The notes beneath the pieces are model-generated. The model was not told the origin of the DNA and ran no database searches. It saw nothing but the letters and a program-made list of their open reading frames with translations. A program made the translations under genes and the position numbers. This document shows, piece after piece, positions 9,398 to 19,200 of a stretch of DNA of 63,854 nt. The DNA comes from Thiomonas sp. (GTDB lineage Bacteria > Pseudomonadota > Gammaproteobacteria > Burkholderiales > Burkholderiaceae_C). The first letter of the stretch is position 1, and the number at the start of each line of letters is the position of its first letter. The DNA lies in contig JAGDVQ010000095.1 of assembly GCA_023255715.1 (NCBI GenBank), positions 1-63,854 of the forward strand, read 5' to 3'.

Positions 9398-10063
9398 TCA
9401 GTCGGTCGGGGACATGTGAAGCTGGCGGCTCAGATGCACATGCAGCTCGCCACCTTGCCACGGTGGCCCGGGCAAGCGCTTGCGCGCCGTGCCGGAAGAC
9501 GGAGGAATGGCCTCGACGAGTTGCAGCGCCGTCTGCAGACTGCTGCCCGGCGCGCAGAGCCGGTTGACCGCGCCCAGCTGATACAGGCGCGCGGCACCCA
9601 GGCCCAAGCCGGGCAGCGCAGCCTCGTTGCAGACGGTGCGCGGCAGCAGTTGTGCGGCCAGCCACTGCGCGCCGCCGACATCGTGCAGCGGCAGCAACGG
9701 ATCGGTCAGGATCAGCTGCGCATCGTCTGCGGCGACCAGCAGATCGCAGGCCAGCGCCAGTGCCGCCCCGGCGCCGCGTGCCTGGCCTTCGAGTGCACCC
9801 ACGACCAGCGGCTCGCAGTCGCGCAGCGCCAGGATGCAGTCGTGCAGCGCCTCCAGCGCAGCGGTGTCGTGCAGGCCGCTGCAAAAGTGACGCGGCGTGC
9901 CGGTGAGCACCACGGCGCGGATGTCGGCATCGCGCTGCGCGGTGGTGAGCGCCTCCAGCGCAGCGGCGCAGAGCGCGGCAGTCAGGGCGTTGTGCGTTTC
10001 GGGGTGATGCAGACGCAGCACGAGGCAGTCACCCTGGCGTTCGGCTTGGAGTTCGGCAGTCAT
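9398..10063 (-). CDS. Divergent enoyl-CoA hydratase/crotonase-fold protein
   Basis: NAL, AVVLTG...FCSG, EGQARGAGAALALACDLLVAA. Internal shortening after FCSG and a short C-terminus. Alternative start at 10087. Confidence 0.72.
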   Translation of the reverse strand: MTAELQAERQGDCLVLRLHHPETHNALTAALCAAALEALTTAQRDADIRAVVLTGTPRHFCSGLHDTAALEALHDCILALRDCEPLVVGALEGQARGAGAALALACDLLVAADDAQLILTDPLLPLHDVGGAQWLAAQLLPRTVCNEAALPGLGLGAARLYQLGAVNRLCAPGSSLQTALQLVEAIPPSSGTARKRLPGPPWQGGELHVHLSRQLHMSPTD

Positions 10064-10295
10064 GCGTTGCGGTGTGGGTTCATGCATCGGTTCAAAAGCG
10101 TGCCCGCATCATAGGCAGACGATGCAGTGCGCCTGCGCCCTGTGGGGAGATTCCGACACAAAATCGGGCGATCGTTAAATTTTTCACATGCTTTTCACCG
10201 GAAATCAGTCTGCGCCAATTGCGCGGAAACCTGCGTGATACATTGCTTTCCGATCATTTGACACATTTGGATGCGTCGCCCTCATTTTCGCTGCA

Positions 10296-12335
10296 ATGCT
10301 CACCGTTTCACGCCTGTTCAACCTGTCCAGCAGACTGCACGCGCTTCTCGCCTTTTCCCTGCGTCTGTGCGTTCTTGTGCTCGGGCTGTCGGCATTGCTG
10401 AGCCAATCCGCGCAGGCCTTGATGATCGGCGCGCCCCAAACCCGGGCCGAACTGGGGCGCCCGCTGCAGATGGACATTCCGGTGCGGCTCGACGCGCAGG
10501 AGGCGCTGCCGCTGTCCTGCGTTCAGGCGCAGGCCCAGGCAGGAGAGTCTGGCGGCAACGTGGGCGGGTTGGTCATCACCTCCAAGCCCGCGACCGACGG
10601 GCTGACCCTGGCCTTGCGCAGCCAGCAGCCCCTGCGTGAGCCCATTCTCATCGTGCGCCTGCATCTGGCCTGCCAGTTTCAGCGCACCCAGGTCTATACC
10701 CTGCTGGTCGATCCCCCGGCGCCCGAGTTGCCGATGATTGCGGGCAGCGCAATTGCTGCGCCTGCCGCACGCGCGGACAATCAGGCCAAGCCTGGGCAGC
10801 AGGTTGCGCAGGCCGAGGCCTCTGCGGTGCCGGTCGGCAACGCCCCGCAGCGTCAGCCGCCCCGCGAGAGCAAGCCGGTTGCTGTGCGCGCCTTCGGGAA
10901 AACACCGCTGCATCCCCCGTTGGTCCGCCAGAAAGAACAGCACCTGCGTCAACTTGCTCGCCCTGCGCTGGAGCGCCCACCTGCGCAGAGCCGCCTGGAA
11001 ATGGACGATCTCAGCGCGGCCGATCTGATGGCGTCCCCGGAATTGCGTCTGGCCACGGCCCTGCCTGCGACATTGCCCAACCTCAGCCCGCAACAGCGTG
11101 CGCAACTCGGCCAGTTGCGCCAACTCATCATGGACGCGACCGCAGGGCCGGGCGAGGCGCAGCCCACGCTGCAGCAGATCGCTGCCATGCAGGCCCGCGC
11201 CAACGTGCTGCAGCGGCAGTTCGAGCAGGCCTCGCAGCAATTGCAGCGGTCGCAGTCTGAGCTGGCGCGCATGCGCGCGCAGAGCTATTCCGCCAGCGTG
11301 GTGTACGCCCTGATCGCCGCGCTGGTGGCGCTGGGCGCGCTGAGTTTCTGGCTGTGGCGCAGGGGCGCCGATCCAGGCCTGCCGGAGAGCCCCTTCGTTC
11401 CCGCATCCGTGGCAAGGCCGTCCGTGAATCCGGCCGCGGACATGCCGTTCGCCGCGGCAACGCCAACCGCCTCCGCCACGTCCATGTCGGTGCAGGCGAG
11501 CACCATCCAGCCGCCGGTCATGCCCTTCGGTCTGCCGCCCTCGGTGGATGGGCGTCCCTTGCAGCCGGAAATCGATGCGGTATCGCTCGGCAGCCCGCCA
11601 CCGAGCACCTGGGGCCATTCAGGCTTCGATTGGGATTCGCGTTTCCTGCAGCCCATGAGCCAGGACAAGCAGGTGCATGTCGACGAGCTGATGGATGCGG
11701 GTCATCTGGCCGAATATTTCATCGAGACGGGAGATGACCAGCGCGCCATCGACCTGCTCGAAAAATCGCTCGACGACAACGCGAGCGACAGCTTTGCACT
11801 GCCTTACCTGCTGCTGTTCGATCTGTACCGCAAGCACGGGCTCAAAAAGGAGTTCGAGGCGCTCTACACCCGGTTTGAACGGCGCTTCAATGTGGCTGTG
11901 CCCCCGTGGGGGCAGCAACCCGAGGGGCAGGGCCGCGATCTGACCGACTACGACCGTGCGATGAAACTCATCACCCTGGCCTGGGGGGAGCCGCAGAGCG
12001 TCTCGGTGCTGGAACACATGCTGCTGGATGATCCGCAGCAACACCGCATGGGCTTCGATCTGGCCGCGTACCGCGATCTGCTGATGCTCTACGCCGTGGC
12101 GCGCGACCTGTTCCCGGACGCCTCTCCAACCAGAGCGCCAATCGAGCACATCGAACTCATCACCCGCGTGGAACCTGCCGGGTTGAACCTCGACTTCGAA
12201 CTGCCGCTCGAGATCCCTTCAGCGGCTGAGGCGCCAGGGCCTGCTGCGTCCTCGGAGTTCAAGCTGCAACCCCGCGACGGCGAGGCACCGAAACAGGCCC
12301 CGCAAAAACCGAACCCGTCGGGAGAGAGTGTCTGA
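10296..12335 (+). CDS. FimV/HubP-like polar landmark or type IV pilus-associated membrane protein
   Basis: Signal-like N-terminus, LGRPLQMDIPV...LRSQQPLREPIL FimV-like domain, coiled coil, one TM, acidic TPR-like C-terminal region. Confidence 0.6.
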   Translation: MLTVSRLFNLSSRLHALLAFSLRLCVLVLGLSALLSQSAQALMIGAPQTRAELGRPLQMDIPVRLDAQEALPLSCVQAQAQAGESGGNVGGLVITSKPATDGLTLALRSQQPLREPILIVRLHLACQFQRTQVYTLLVDPPAPELPMIAGSAIAAPAARADNQAKPGQQVAQAEASAVPVGNAPQRQPPRESKPVAVRAFGKTPLHPPLVRQKEQHLRQLARPALERPPAQSRLEMDDLSAADLMASPELRLATALPATLPNLSPQQRAQLGQLRQLIMDATAGPGEAQPTLQQIAAMQARANVLQRQFEQASQQLQRSQSELARMRAQSYSASVVYALIAALVALGALSFWLWRRGADPGLPESPFVPASVARPSVNPAADMPFAAATPTASATSMSVQASTIQPPVMPFGLPPSVDGRPLQPEIDAVSLGSPPPSTWGHSGFDWDSRFLQPMSQDKQVHVDELMDAGHLAEYFIETGDDQRAIDLLEKSLDDNASDSFALPYLLLFDLYRKHGLKKEFEALYTRFERRFNVAVPPWGQQPEGQGRDLTDYDRAMKLITLAWGEPQSVSVLEHMLLDDPQQHRMGFDLAAYRDLLMLYAVARDLFPDASPTRAPIEHIELITRVEPAGLNLDFELPLEIPSAAEAPGPAASSEFKLQPRDGEAPKQAPQKPNPSGESV

Positions 12336-12377
12336 CTTCGGTCGGCTGACTTCGCGTGGCCGAGATTTTCGTGCCGC

Positions 12378-13844
12378 TTACTTGGCGCCGTGGCCGCCCA
12401 GCAGGGCGGCAATCTTGCGGCGTGGACGAATGCTGGGGGAGATGGAACGCTGGCCATTGCCGGCGTTCGCCGACTCCGCCGGTTCCCACGCCGGCTGGGC
12501 CTTCGGATCGGGCTCGTAGGGTTTGTCGAACCATGGGTCCTGGCGGGGCGTGCGGCCCATGCGTGGATACGGCGCCGCCGCCGCGCCCATGCTCTCGGGC
12601 ATGCCGCGCGAGGGCATCAGCCGCGGGCTGCGTGGCGCATCCGCCTCGCGGCGGGGGCGCGAAATGGGCTGCAATTGCACAGTGAGTTTTTCGAACTGGC
12701 GCTTGATCAGCTTTTCAATGTCGGCCAGTGCGCGTGCATCGCGCGCCGTGGCCAGTGTGATGGCCAGACCAGACGCCCCGGCGCGGCCTGTGCGGCCGAT
12801 GCGGTGCACATAGTCTTCGGCGCTGAACGGCACGTCGTAATTCACCACGCCGGGTAGTTCGGCGATGTCCAGACCGCGGGCAGCCACATCGGTGGCGACC
12901 AGCGCCTGAATGTCGCCGCGCTTGAAGGCTTCCAGCGTGGTCAGGCGCTCGGCCTGCGACTTGTCGCCGTGCATCGCCGCGGCCTTGATGCCGTCGCGTT
13001 CCAGCGCCCGGGTGAGCCGACCCGCTCCGAGGCGGCTGTTGACGAACACGATGACCTGCGGCAGCGGGTTGTCGCGCAGCAACTGCACCAGCGTGGCGCG
13101 CTTGTCGTCTTCTTCCACCTGATAGACGCGCTGCTCCACATTGGTGGCGGTGGCGTTGGGGCGGGCTACTTCGACCAGAAGCGGGTTTTGCAGATAGCTC
13201 TGCGCCAGACGCTTGATTTCCGGCGAAAACGTGGCAGAGAACAGCAAGGTGGTGCGCTGCTTGGGCAGGAAACCCAGGATGCGCTGCAGATCGGGCAGAA
13301 AGCCGATGTCGAGCATGCGATCAGCCTCGTCGAGCACGACGAACTGCACCTGCCCAAGATTCACCGTCTTGGCTTCGAGGTGATCGAGTAGCCGCCCGGG
13401 CGTGGCCACCAGCAGATCGACGCCGTTGCGCAGTTCGGCCTTCTGCGGGGCCATGTCCATGCCGCCGAACACGCAGGCGCAGCGCAGCGGCGTGTGCTTG
13501 GCATAGGCCTTGAGATTGGTGTAGACCTGATCGGCCAGCTCGCGCGTGGGGGCGAGCATCAGCGCCCGTACCGGATGCCGCGCCGGGGACACGCTGGTGG
13601 AGGCCAGCGGCAGGAGCTGTTGCAGGATGGGTAGCGAGAACGCAGCGGTCTTGCCGGTGCCGGTTTGCGCTGCGCCCATGATGTCGCGTCCGTCCAGCAG
13701 CAGCGGAATGGCCTTGGCCTGGATGGGCGTGAGCTTTTCGTAGCCCATGTCGCTGACGGCGCGCAGAATGCGTGCGTCCAGCGCCAGGTCGGAAAAGCGT
13801 TCGGGCTGCGGTATATCGTCGGTCGGGGGTGTCGTGGTGTTCAT
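12378..13844 (-). CDS. rhlE: DEAD-box ATP-dependent RNA helicase (RhlE-like)
   Basis: Q motif TPIQ, AQTGTGKT, PTRELA, TPGRL, DEAD, SAT, ARGLD, HRIGRTGR. Confidence 0.9.
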   Translation of the reverse strand: MNTTTPPTDDIPQPERFSDLALDARILRAVSDMGYEKLTPIQAKAIPLLLDGRDIMGAAQTGTGKTAAFSLPILQQLLPLASTSVSPARHPVRALMLAPTRELADQVYTNLKAYAKHTPLRCACVFGGMDMAPQKAELRNGVDLLVATPGRLLDHLEAKTVNLGQVQFVVLDEADRMLDIGFLPDLQRILGFLPKQRTTLLFSATFSPEIKRLAQSYLQNPLLVEVARPNATATNVEQRVYQVEEDDKRATLVQLLRDNPLPQVIVFVNSRLGAGRLTRALERDGIKAAAMHGDKSQAERLTTLEAFKRGDIQALVATDVAARGLDIAELPGVVNYDVPFSAEDYVHRIGRTGRAGASGLAITLATARDARALADIEKLIKRQFEKLTVQLQPISRPRREADAPRSPRLMPSRGMPESMGAAAAPYPRMGRTPRQDPWFDKPYEPDPKAQPAWEPAESANAGNGQRSISPSIRPRRKIAALLGGHGAK

Positions 13845-14060
13845 CCGTGCGGTGTTTGCTGGCGGCGATGGAAAATTGAGAAGCCGGACATCAGGTGAAA
13901 CCGGCCCGGACGCTGAGCTTGTCAGCGGGCGGGCGTCGCGGCCCGCGCAGAGTTCCGCCAGGGGATTGCAGGACAACTGCCTGCCGCAGCGGATTCATCG
14001 ACTCTGTATTCTAGGCGAGTGACGCCACGGGCGGCGCAGCAGAAAATTGCACGCGACCTT

Positions 14061-14088
14061 TTGCAAATTCAGCTTCCGCCCTCATTTA
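14061..14088 (+). promoter_or_regulatory. Candidate sigma-32 promoter of cbpA
   Basis: TTGCAA-N13-CCTCATTTA resembles the RpoH consensus (TTGAAA...CCCCATnT), upstream of a J-domain chaperone. Confidence 0.4.
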
Positions 14089-14121
14089 ATCAACAATTCA
14101 TTCCCCGCACAGGAACGCACG

Positions 14122-15087
14122 ATGGACTACAAGGACTACTACAAGGTCATGGGCGTGGAGCGCAGCGCAACGCAGGACGACATCAAGCGCGCCTATCGCA
14201 AGCTCGCCCGCAAGTATCACCCCGACGTGAGCAAGGAGGCCGGAGCCGAGGCCAAGTTCAAGGAACTGGGCGAAGCCTACGAGGTGCTCAAGGACCCGGA
14301 AAAGCGCGCCGCCTATGATCAGCTCGGCAGCAACTGGCGCGCCGGACAGGACTTTCAGCCGCCGCCCGGCTGGGGCGCGGGCTTCGAGCGACGCGGCGGC
14401 ACGCCGGACAACGAAGCCGATTTCAGCGACTTTTTCGAGACCCTGTTCGCGCGCAGCGGTTCCGCGCGGCGGTCGGCATCGGGCGCGGGCGGAGCGGGCG
14501 TGCATCTGCGCGGCCAGGATCATCACGCCCAGGTATTGATCGATCTGGAAGACGCCTACCGCGGCGCGACGCGCACCCTGACCCTGCGCATGCCCGAGGT
14601 CGATGCGCAAGGCCATGTGGTGATGCGCGAGCGCACCCTGCAGGTGCAGATTCCCAAAGGCGTGCGCGCCGGTCAGCACATCCGTCTGGCGGGCCAGGGC
14701 GCGCCAGGTCTGGGCGAGGGCGGGGCAGGTGACCTTTACCTGGAAATCGCCTTCAACCCGCACAGCCTCTACCGCGTCGAAGGGCGCGATGTGTTTGTCG
14801 ATTTGCCGCTGGCGCCCTGGGAGGCTGCATTGGGCGCCGAAGTGCAGGCGCCGACCCCGGACGGGCTGGTCGAGCTGAAAATTCCGCCGACCACGGCGCC
14901 GGGCCGCCGTCTGCGTCTCAAGGGGCGCGGCATTCCCGGAGCCACGCCGGGCGATTTGTATGTGGTCACGCAAATCGTGCTGCCGCCAGCCGACACCGAC
15001 GCGGCGCGGGCGGCCTATCAACGCCTGCAGGGCGAATTTTCCAAATTCAATCCGCGCGCCCATCTCAAGCAAGGAGCCAAGGCATGA
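14122..15087 (+). CDS. cbpA: Curved DNA-binding protein CbpA (DnaJ class II co-chaperone)
   Basis: MDYKDYY, J-domain HPD motif, no zinc finger, PWEAALG C-terminal domain; followed by cbpM. Confidence 0.88.
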   Translation: MDYKDYYKVMGVERSATQDDIKRAYRKLARKYHPDVSKEAGAEAKFKELGEAYEVLKDPEKRAAYDQLGSNWRAGQDFQPPPGWGAGFERRGGTPDNEADFSDFFETLFARSGSARRSASGAGGAGVHLRGQDHHAQVLIDLEDAYRGATRTLTLRMPEVDAQGHVVMRERTLQVQIPKGVRAGQHIRLAGQGAPGLGEGGAGDLYLEIAFNPHSLYRVEGRDVFVDLPLAPWEAALGAEVQAPTPDGLVELKIPPTTAPGRRLRLKGRGIPGATPGDLYVVTQIVLPPADTDAARAAYQRLQGEFSKFNPRAHLKQGAKA

Positions 15088-15364
15088 GCACCTCCGATAC
15101 CGCCGCGCCGCTGTGCGGCATCGTCATGGAAGAGCAGGTCGACATCAGCATCGACGATCTGTGCGCAGTGTGCCGGGTCGAGCGCACGCAGATCGTGCAT
15201 CTGGTGGAAGAAGGCGTGATCGAGCCGCTGCCTGCCCTTGGCTGAACCGCGCGCGCCGCGCCGTGCGGCTGCAGCGTGATCTGGAACTCAACGCGGCAGC
15301 CACGGCGCTGGTGCTTGATCTGCTGGATCAGATCGATGCGCTGCGCCGCAGCACGCAGGCCTGA
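15084..15364 (+). pseudogene. cbpM: Chaperone modulator CbpM, frameshifted
   Basis: The frame from ATG 15084 reads ...ISIDDLC...HLVEEGVIEPLPALG and stops at 15243-15245. The typical C-terminus RARRAVRLQRDLELN...LVLDLLDQIDALR is in another frame, ending at 15364. Confidence 0.8.
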
Positions 15365-15373
15365 CGGATTTTC

Positions 15374-16081
15374 ATGGCGCGTCAGGCTCGCCTGTTCTGC
15401 CCCGGATACGCCCATCTGGTCCAGTTGCAGGCCGCCATCGGCGCGCAACCGCTGGCCACTGCGTCGCAGCGCGACCGTTTTCTGCTCTGGATGCGCGAGG
15501 GGCTGGGGAGCTCGACATTGCGTCTACACGCCTATGCCGTGTTGCCGCAGACCGTCTGGCTGCTGATCACGCCCGATACGGCGCCGGAACTGTCCGCATT
15601 TGTGCAGGGGCTGGCGCGACGCACCAGCAGGGCGCAGGAACGTCCGGGCCCGAATGGCGCAACCGCACTGTCGCCTGCGCGCAATCCGGTCTGGGCGGGG
15701 CGATTTCGCAGCGCCGTCGTCCAGCCGGGCGAGTGGGAACTGGCCGCGATGCTCTGGATCGACCGGGCGGCGGACGCTGTCGGGGACATCTGGCCCTGGA
15801 GCAGCCGCGCAGCCCACTGTGGCGAACCGAGCACCGGCGCTCCCGTTTTGTCTTTCCCCGCGGCCTACTGGGCCTTGGGCAATACCCCGTTCGAACGCGA
15901 GGCCGCCTATCGTCAGCGGCTGCAGCAGGGCATCAGCAGCGCAAGCGTGCGCGCGCTGGAGCACGGCTTGCGCAGTGGGTCGGCAGTAGGCGAGACGGCG
16001 TTTTTGCGGCAACTCGAACGAGACATCGGACGGCGCCTGCTGCCCGCCCCGCGTGGACGACCTCGCATGAAAGTTGCTTAA
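15374..16081 (+). CDS. REP-associated tyrosine transposase (RAYT/Y1_Tnp) homolog lacking catalytic residues
   Basis: MARQARL...PG..H, LHAYAVLP, W.GRFRS, WPWSS, YWALGNTPFEREAAY and PRGRPR are RAYT-family features. The HUH motif (NHxH) reads QTVW and YIxxNP reads WIDRAA. Confidence 0.75.
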   Translation: MARQARLFCPGYAHLVQLQAAIGAQPLATASQRDRFLLWMREGLGSSTLRLHAYAVLPQTVWLLITPDTAPELSAFVQGLARRTSRAQERPGPNGATALSPARNPVWAGRFRSAVVQPGEWELAAMLWIDRAADAVGDIWPWSSRAAHCGEPSTGAPVLSFPAAYWALGNTPFEREAAYRQRLQQGISSASVRALEHGLRSGSAVGETAFLRQLERDIGRRLLPAPRGRPRMKVA

Positions 16082-16112
16082 ACCGAGCACATGAGGTCAG
16101 TGTATGGCCTCT

Positions 16113-16170
16113 AATCTGTCCCTAAATTATTTTCGTCAAACTCGGCCCAAATATTTATTGGGGACAAAAT
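16113..16170. repeat. AT-rich inverted repeat (aatctgtccc ... ggggacaaaat) between the RAYT homolog and gltB
   Basis: TGTCCC at 16117-16122 and GGGACA at 16161-16166, with a degenerate middle unit (ctcggcccaaatattt). Markedly AT-rich relative to the window. Confidence 0.6.
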
Positions 16171-16182
16171 AAAGAGTTTTTC

Positions 16183-16211
16183 TTGCGCGCACTGCTGCGA
16201 TGCAGTAAATT
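16183..16211 (+). promoter_or_regulatory. Candidate sigma-70 promoter of gltBD
   Basis: TTGCGC-N17-TAAATT, ending 33 bp before the gltB ATG. Confidence 0.5.
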
Positions 16212-16244
16212 CGCTTCTCCTGTCGACGTTTCGCGGAGCCCGCC

Positions 16245-19200
16245 ATGTCCTCGCCTCAAACTCCCGCTTCACCCTCTGAAATCGCCGCGCTGTCCCGCGG
16301 TGGCCTGTATTGCCCGCAAAACGAACATGACGCCTGCGGCGTGGGTTTCGTCGCGCACATCAAGGGGAGCAAATCGCACGACATCGTGCAGAACGGGCTG
16401 CTCATCCTCAAAAACCTCGACCACCGCGGCGCGGTCGGGGCGGACAAGCTCATGGGCGATGGCGCGGGCATCCTGATCCAGATTCCCGATGCGTTCTTTC
16501 GCGAAGAAATGGCGGCGCAGGGCGTGGAACTGCCGCCGCCGGGTGAGTACGGCGTGGGCATGATTTTTCTGCCGCGCGAGGAGGCGTCGCGCCTGGCGTG
16601 CGTGCAGGAGATCGAGCGCGCGGTGCGCGCCGAAGGGCAGGTGCTGCTGGGCTGGCGCGATGTGCCGGTGGATGCCGACATGCCGATGTCGCCCACGGTG
16701 CGCGCCAAGGAGCCGGTGATCCGCCAGGTCTTCATCGGCCGCGGCCCCGACGTCATGGTCACCGATGCGCTGGAGCGCAAGCTGTTCGTCATCCGCAAGA
16801 CCGCGAGCCACGCCATCCAGAAGCTCGACCTGCGTCACGGCAAGGAGTATTTCGTGCCGTCGATGTCGGCGCGCACCATCGTCTACAAGGGCCTGCTGCT
16901 GGCCGATCAGGTGGGCGAGTACTACAAGGATCTGAAAGACCCGCGCGTGGTCTCGGCGCTGGCCCTGGTGCACCAGCGCTTCTCGACCAACACCTTCCCC
17001 GAGTGGCCGCTGGCGCATCCGTACCGGCTGGTGGCGCACAACGGCGAGATCAACACGGTCAAGGGCAACTACAACTGGATGCGGGCGCGCGAAGGCGCCG
17101 TGTCGTCCCCGGTGCTCGGCGCCGATCTGCAAAAGCTCTGGCCGCTGATCTACCCGGGGCAGAGCGATACCGCGAGCTTCGACAATTGCCTGGAACTGCT
17201 GGTGATGGCCGGCTATCCGCTGTCGCACGCGATGATGATGATGATTCCCGAGGCGTGGGAGCAGCACACCCTGATGGACCCGCGCCGCCGCGCGTTTTAC
17301 GAATACCACGCCGCGATGATGGAGCCGTGGGACGGCCCGGCGGCGATCGCCTTCACCGATGGCCGCCAGATCGGCGCCACGCTCGACCGCAACGGCCTGC
17401 GCCCGGCGCGTTACATCGTCACCGATGATGATCTGGTGATCATGGCGTCCGAGTCGGGCGTGTTGCCCATCTCCGAGAGCCACATCGTCAAGAAATGGCG
17501 CCTGCAGCCGGGCAAGATGTTCCTGATCGACATGGAGGCCGGGCGCATCATCGACGACAAGGAAATCAAGAGCCAGCTCGCCAGTGCGCGCCCCTATGGC
17601 CAGTGGATCGAGAACCTGCGCATCCGCATCGACGATCTCGACCACCTCGGCCACGCCGAGCCCTCGCCCATTCCTCTGCTCGACCGCCAGCAGGCGTTCG
17701 GCTACACCCAGGAAGATCTCAAGTTCCTGATGGCGCCGATGGCCGAGAAGGGCGACGAGGCCGTGGGGTCGATGGGCAACGACGCCGCGCTGGCCGTGCT
17801 GTCCAACCGCGCCAAGCCGCTGTACAACTACTTCAAGCAGTTGTTCGCGCAGGTCACCAACCCGCCGATCGACTCGATCCGCGAGAACATGGTGATGTCG
17901 CTGGTGTCGTTCATCGGCCCGCGGCCCAACCTGCTCGACATCAACCAGGTCAATCCGCCGATGCGCCTGGAAGTCAGCCAGCCCGTGCTCGATTATGACG
18001 ACATGGCGCGGCTGCGCTCCATCGCCCAGCACACCGGCGGCAAGTTCCGCAGCTATGAAATCGACATCTGCTATCCGGTGATCTGGGGGCAGGAGGGCAT
18101 CGAAGCCCGCATTGCGTCCATCTGCGCCGAAGCGGTGGATGCGATCAAGAGCGGCCACAACATTCTCATCATCACCGACCGCAGCATGAGCGCCGAGCGC
18201 GTGGCCATTCCCGCGCTGCTGGCGATGAGCGCTGTGCACCAGCACCTCACCGCCCACGGCCTGCGCACCCAGACCGGGCTGGTGGTGGAGACCGGCAGCG
18301 CGCGCGAGACGCACCATTTCGCCGTGCTCGCAGGCTATGGGGCCGAGGCCGTGCATCCCTATCTGGCGCTGGACACCATTGCCGCCATGGCGCGCGATCT
18401 GCCCGGTGATCTCAGCGCCGACAAGGCGATGGCCAACTACATCAAGGCCATCGGCAAGGGCCTGCAGAAGGTCATGTCCAAGATGGGCATCTCCACCTAC
18501 ATGAGCTACTGCGGCGCGCAGATTTTCGAGGCCGTGGGCCTGTCGCGCGAGCTGGTGGACAAATACTTCACTGGCACGTCCACGCAGGTGGAAGGCATCG
18601 GTGTGTTCGAGGTGGGGCAGGAAGCGCTGCGCATGCACCGCGACGCCTTTGGCGATTCACCGGTGCTGGCCAACATGCTCGACGCAGGCGGCGACTACGC
18701 CTGGCGCGCCCGTGGCGAAGAGCACATGTGGACGCCCGATGCCATTGCCAAGCTGCAGCATTCCACCCGCTCGGGCAACTACAACACCTACAAGGAATAC
18801 GCCCAGATCATCAACGATCAGTCGCGCCGCATGCTCACGCTGCGCGGGCTGTTCGAGTTCAAGATCGACCCGAGCAAGGCGATCCCGATCGAGGAAGTCG
18901 AACCGGCTGCCGAGATCGTCAAGCGCTTTGCCACCGGGGCGATGTCGCTGGGCTCCATTTCCACCGAGGCGCATTCCACCCTGGCCGTGGCGATGAACCG
19001 CATCGGCGGCAAGAGCAACACCGGTGAAGGCGGCGAAGACCCGCTGCGCTACCGCGCGGAAATGCGCACCGGATCGAGCGGCATCCAGGACGGCGATACC
19101 CTCGGCAGCGTGCTCGGGGCCGAGCGCATCGTCAGCGACATTCCGCTCAAAAGCGGCGACTCGCTGCGCTCCAAGATCAAGCAGGTGGCCTCGGGGCGCT

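Noticed and set aside
15374-16081. Calling the RAYT homolog an active IS200/IS605-type mobile element
   Set aside because: HUH and catalytic Tyr are absent; no tnpB and no element ends on both sides.
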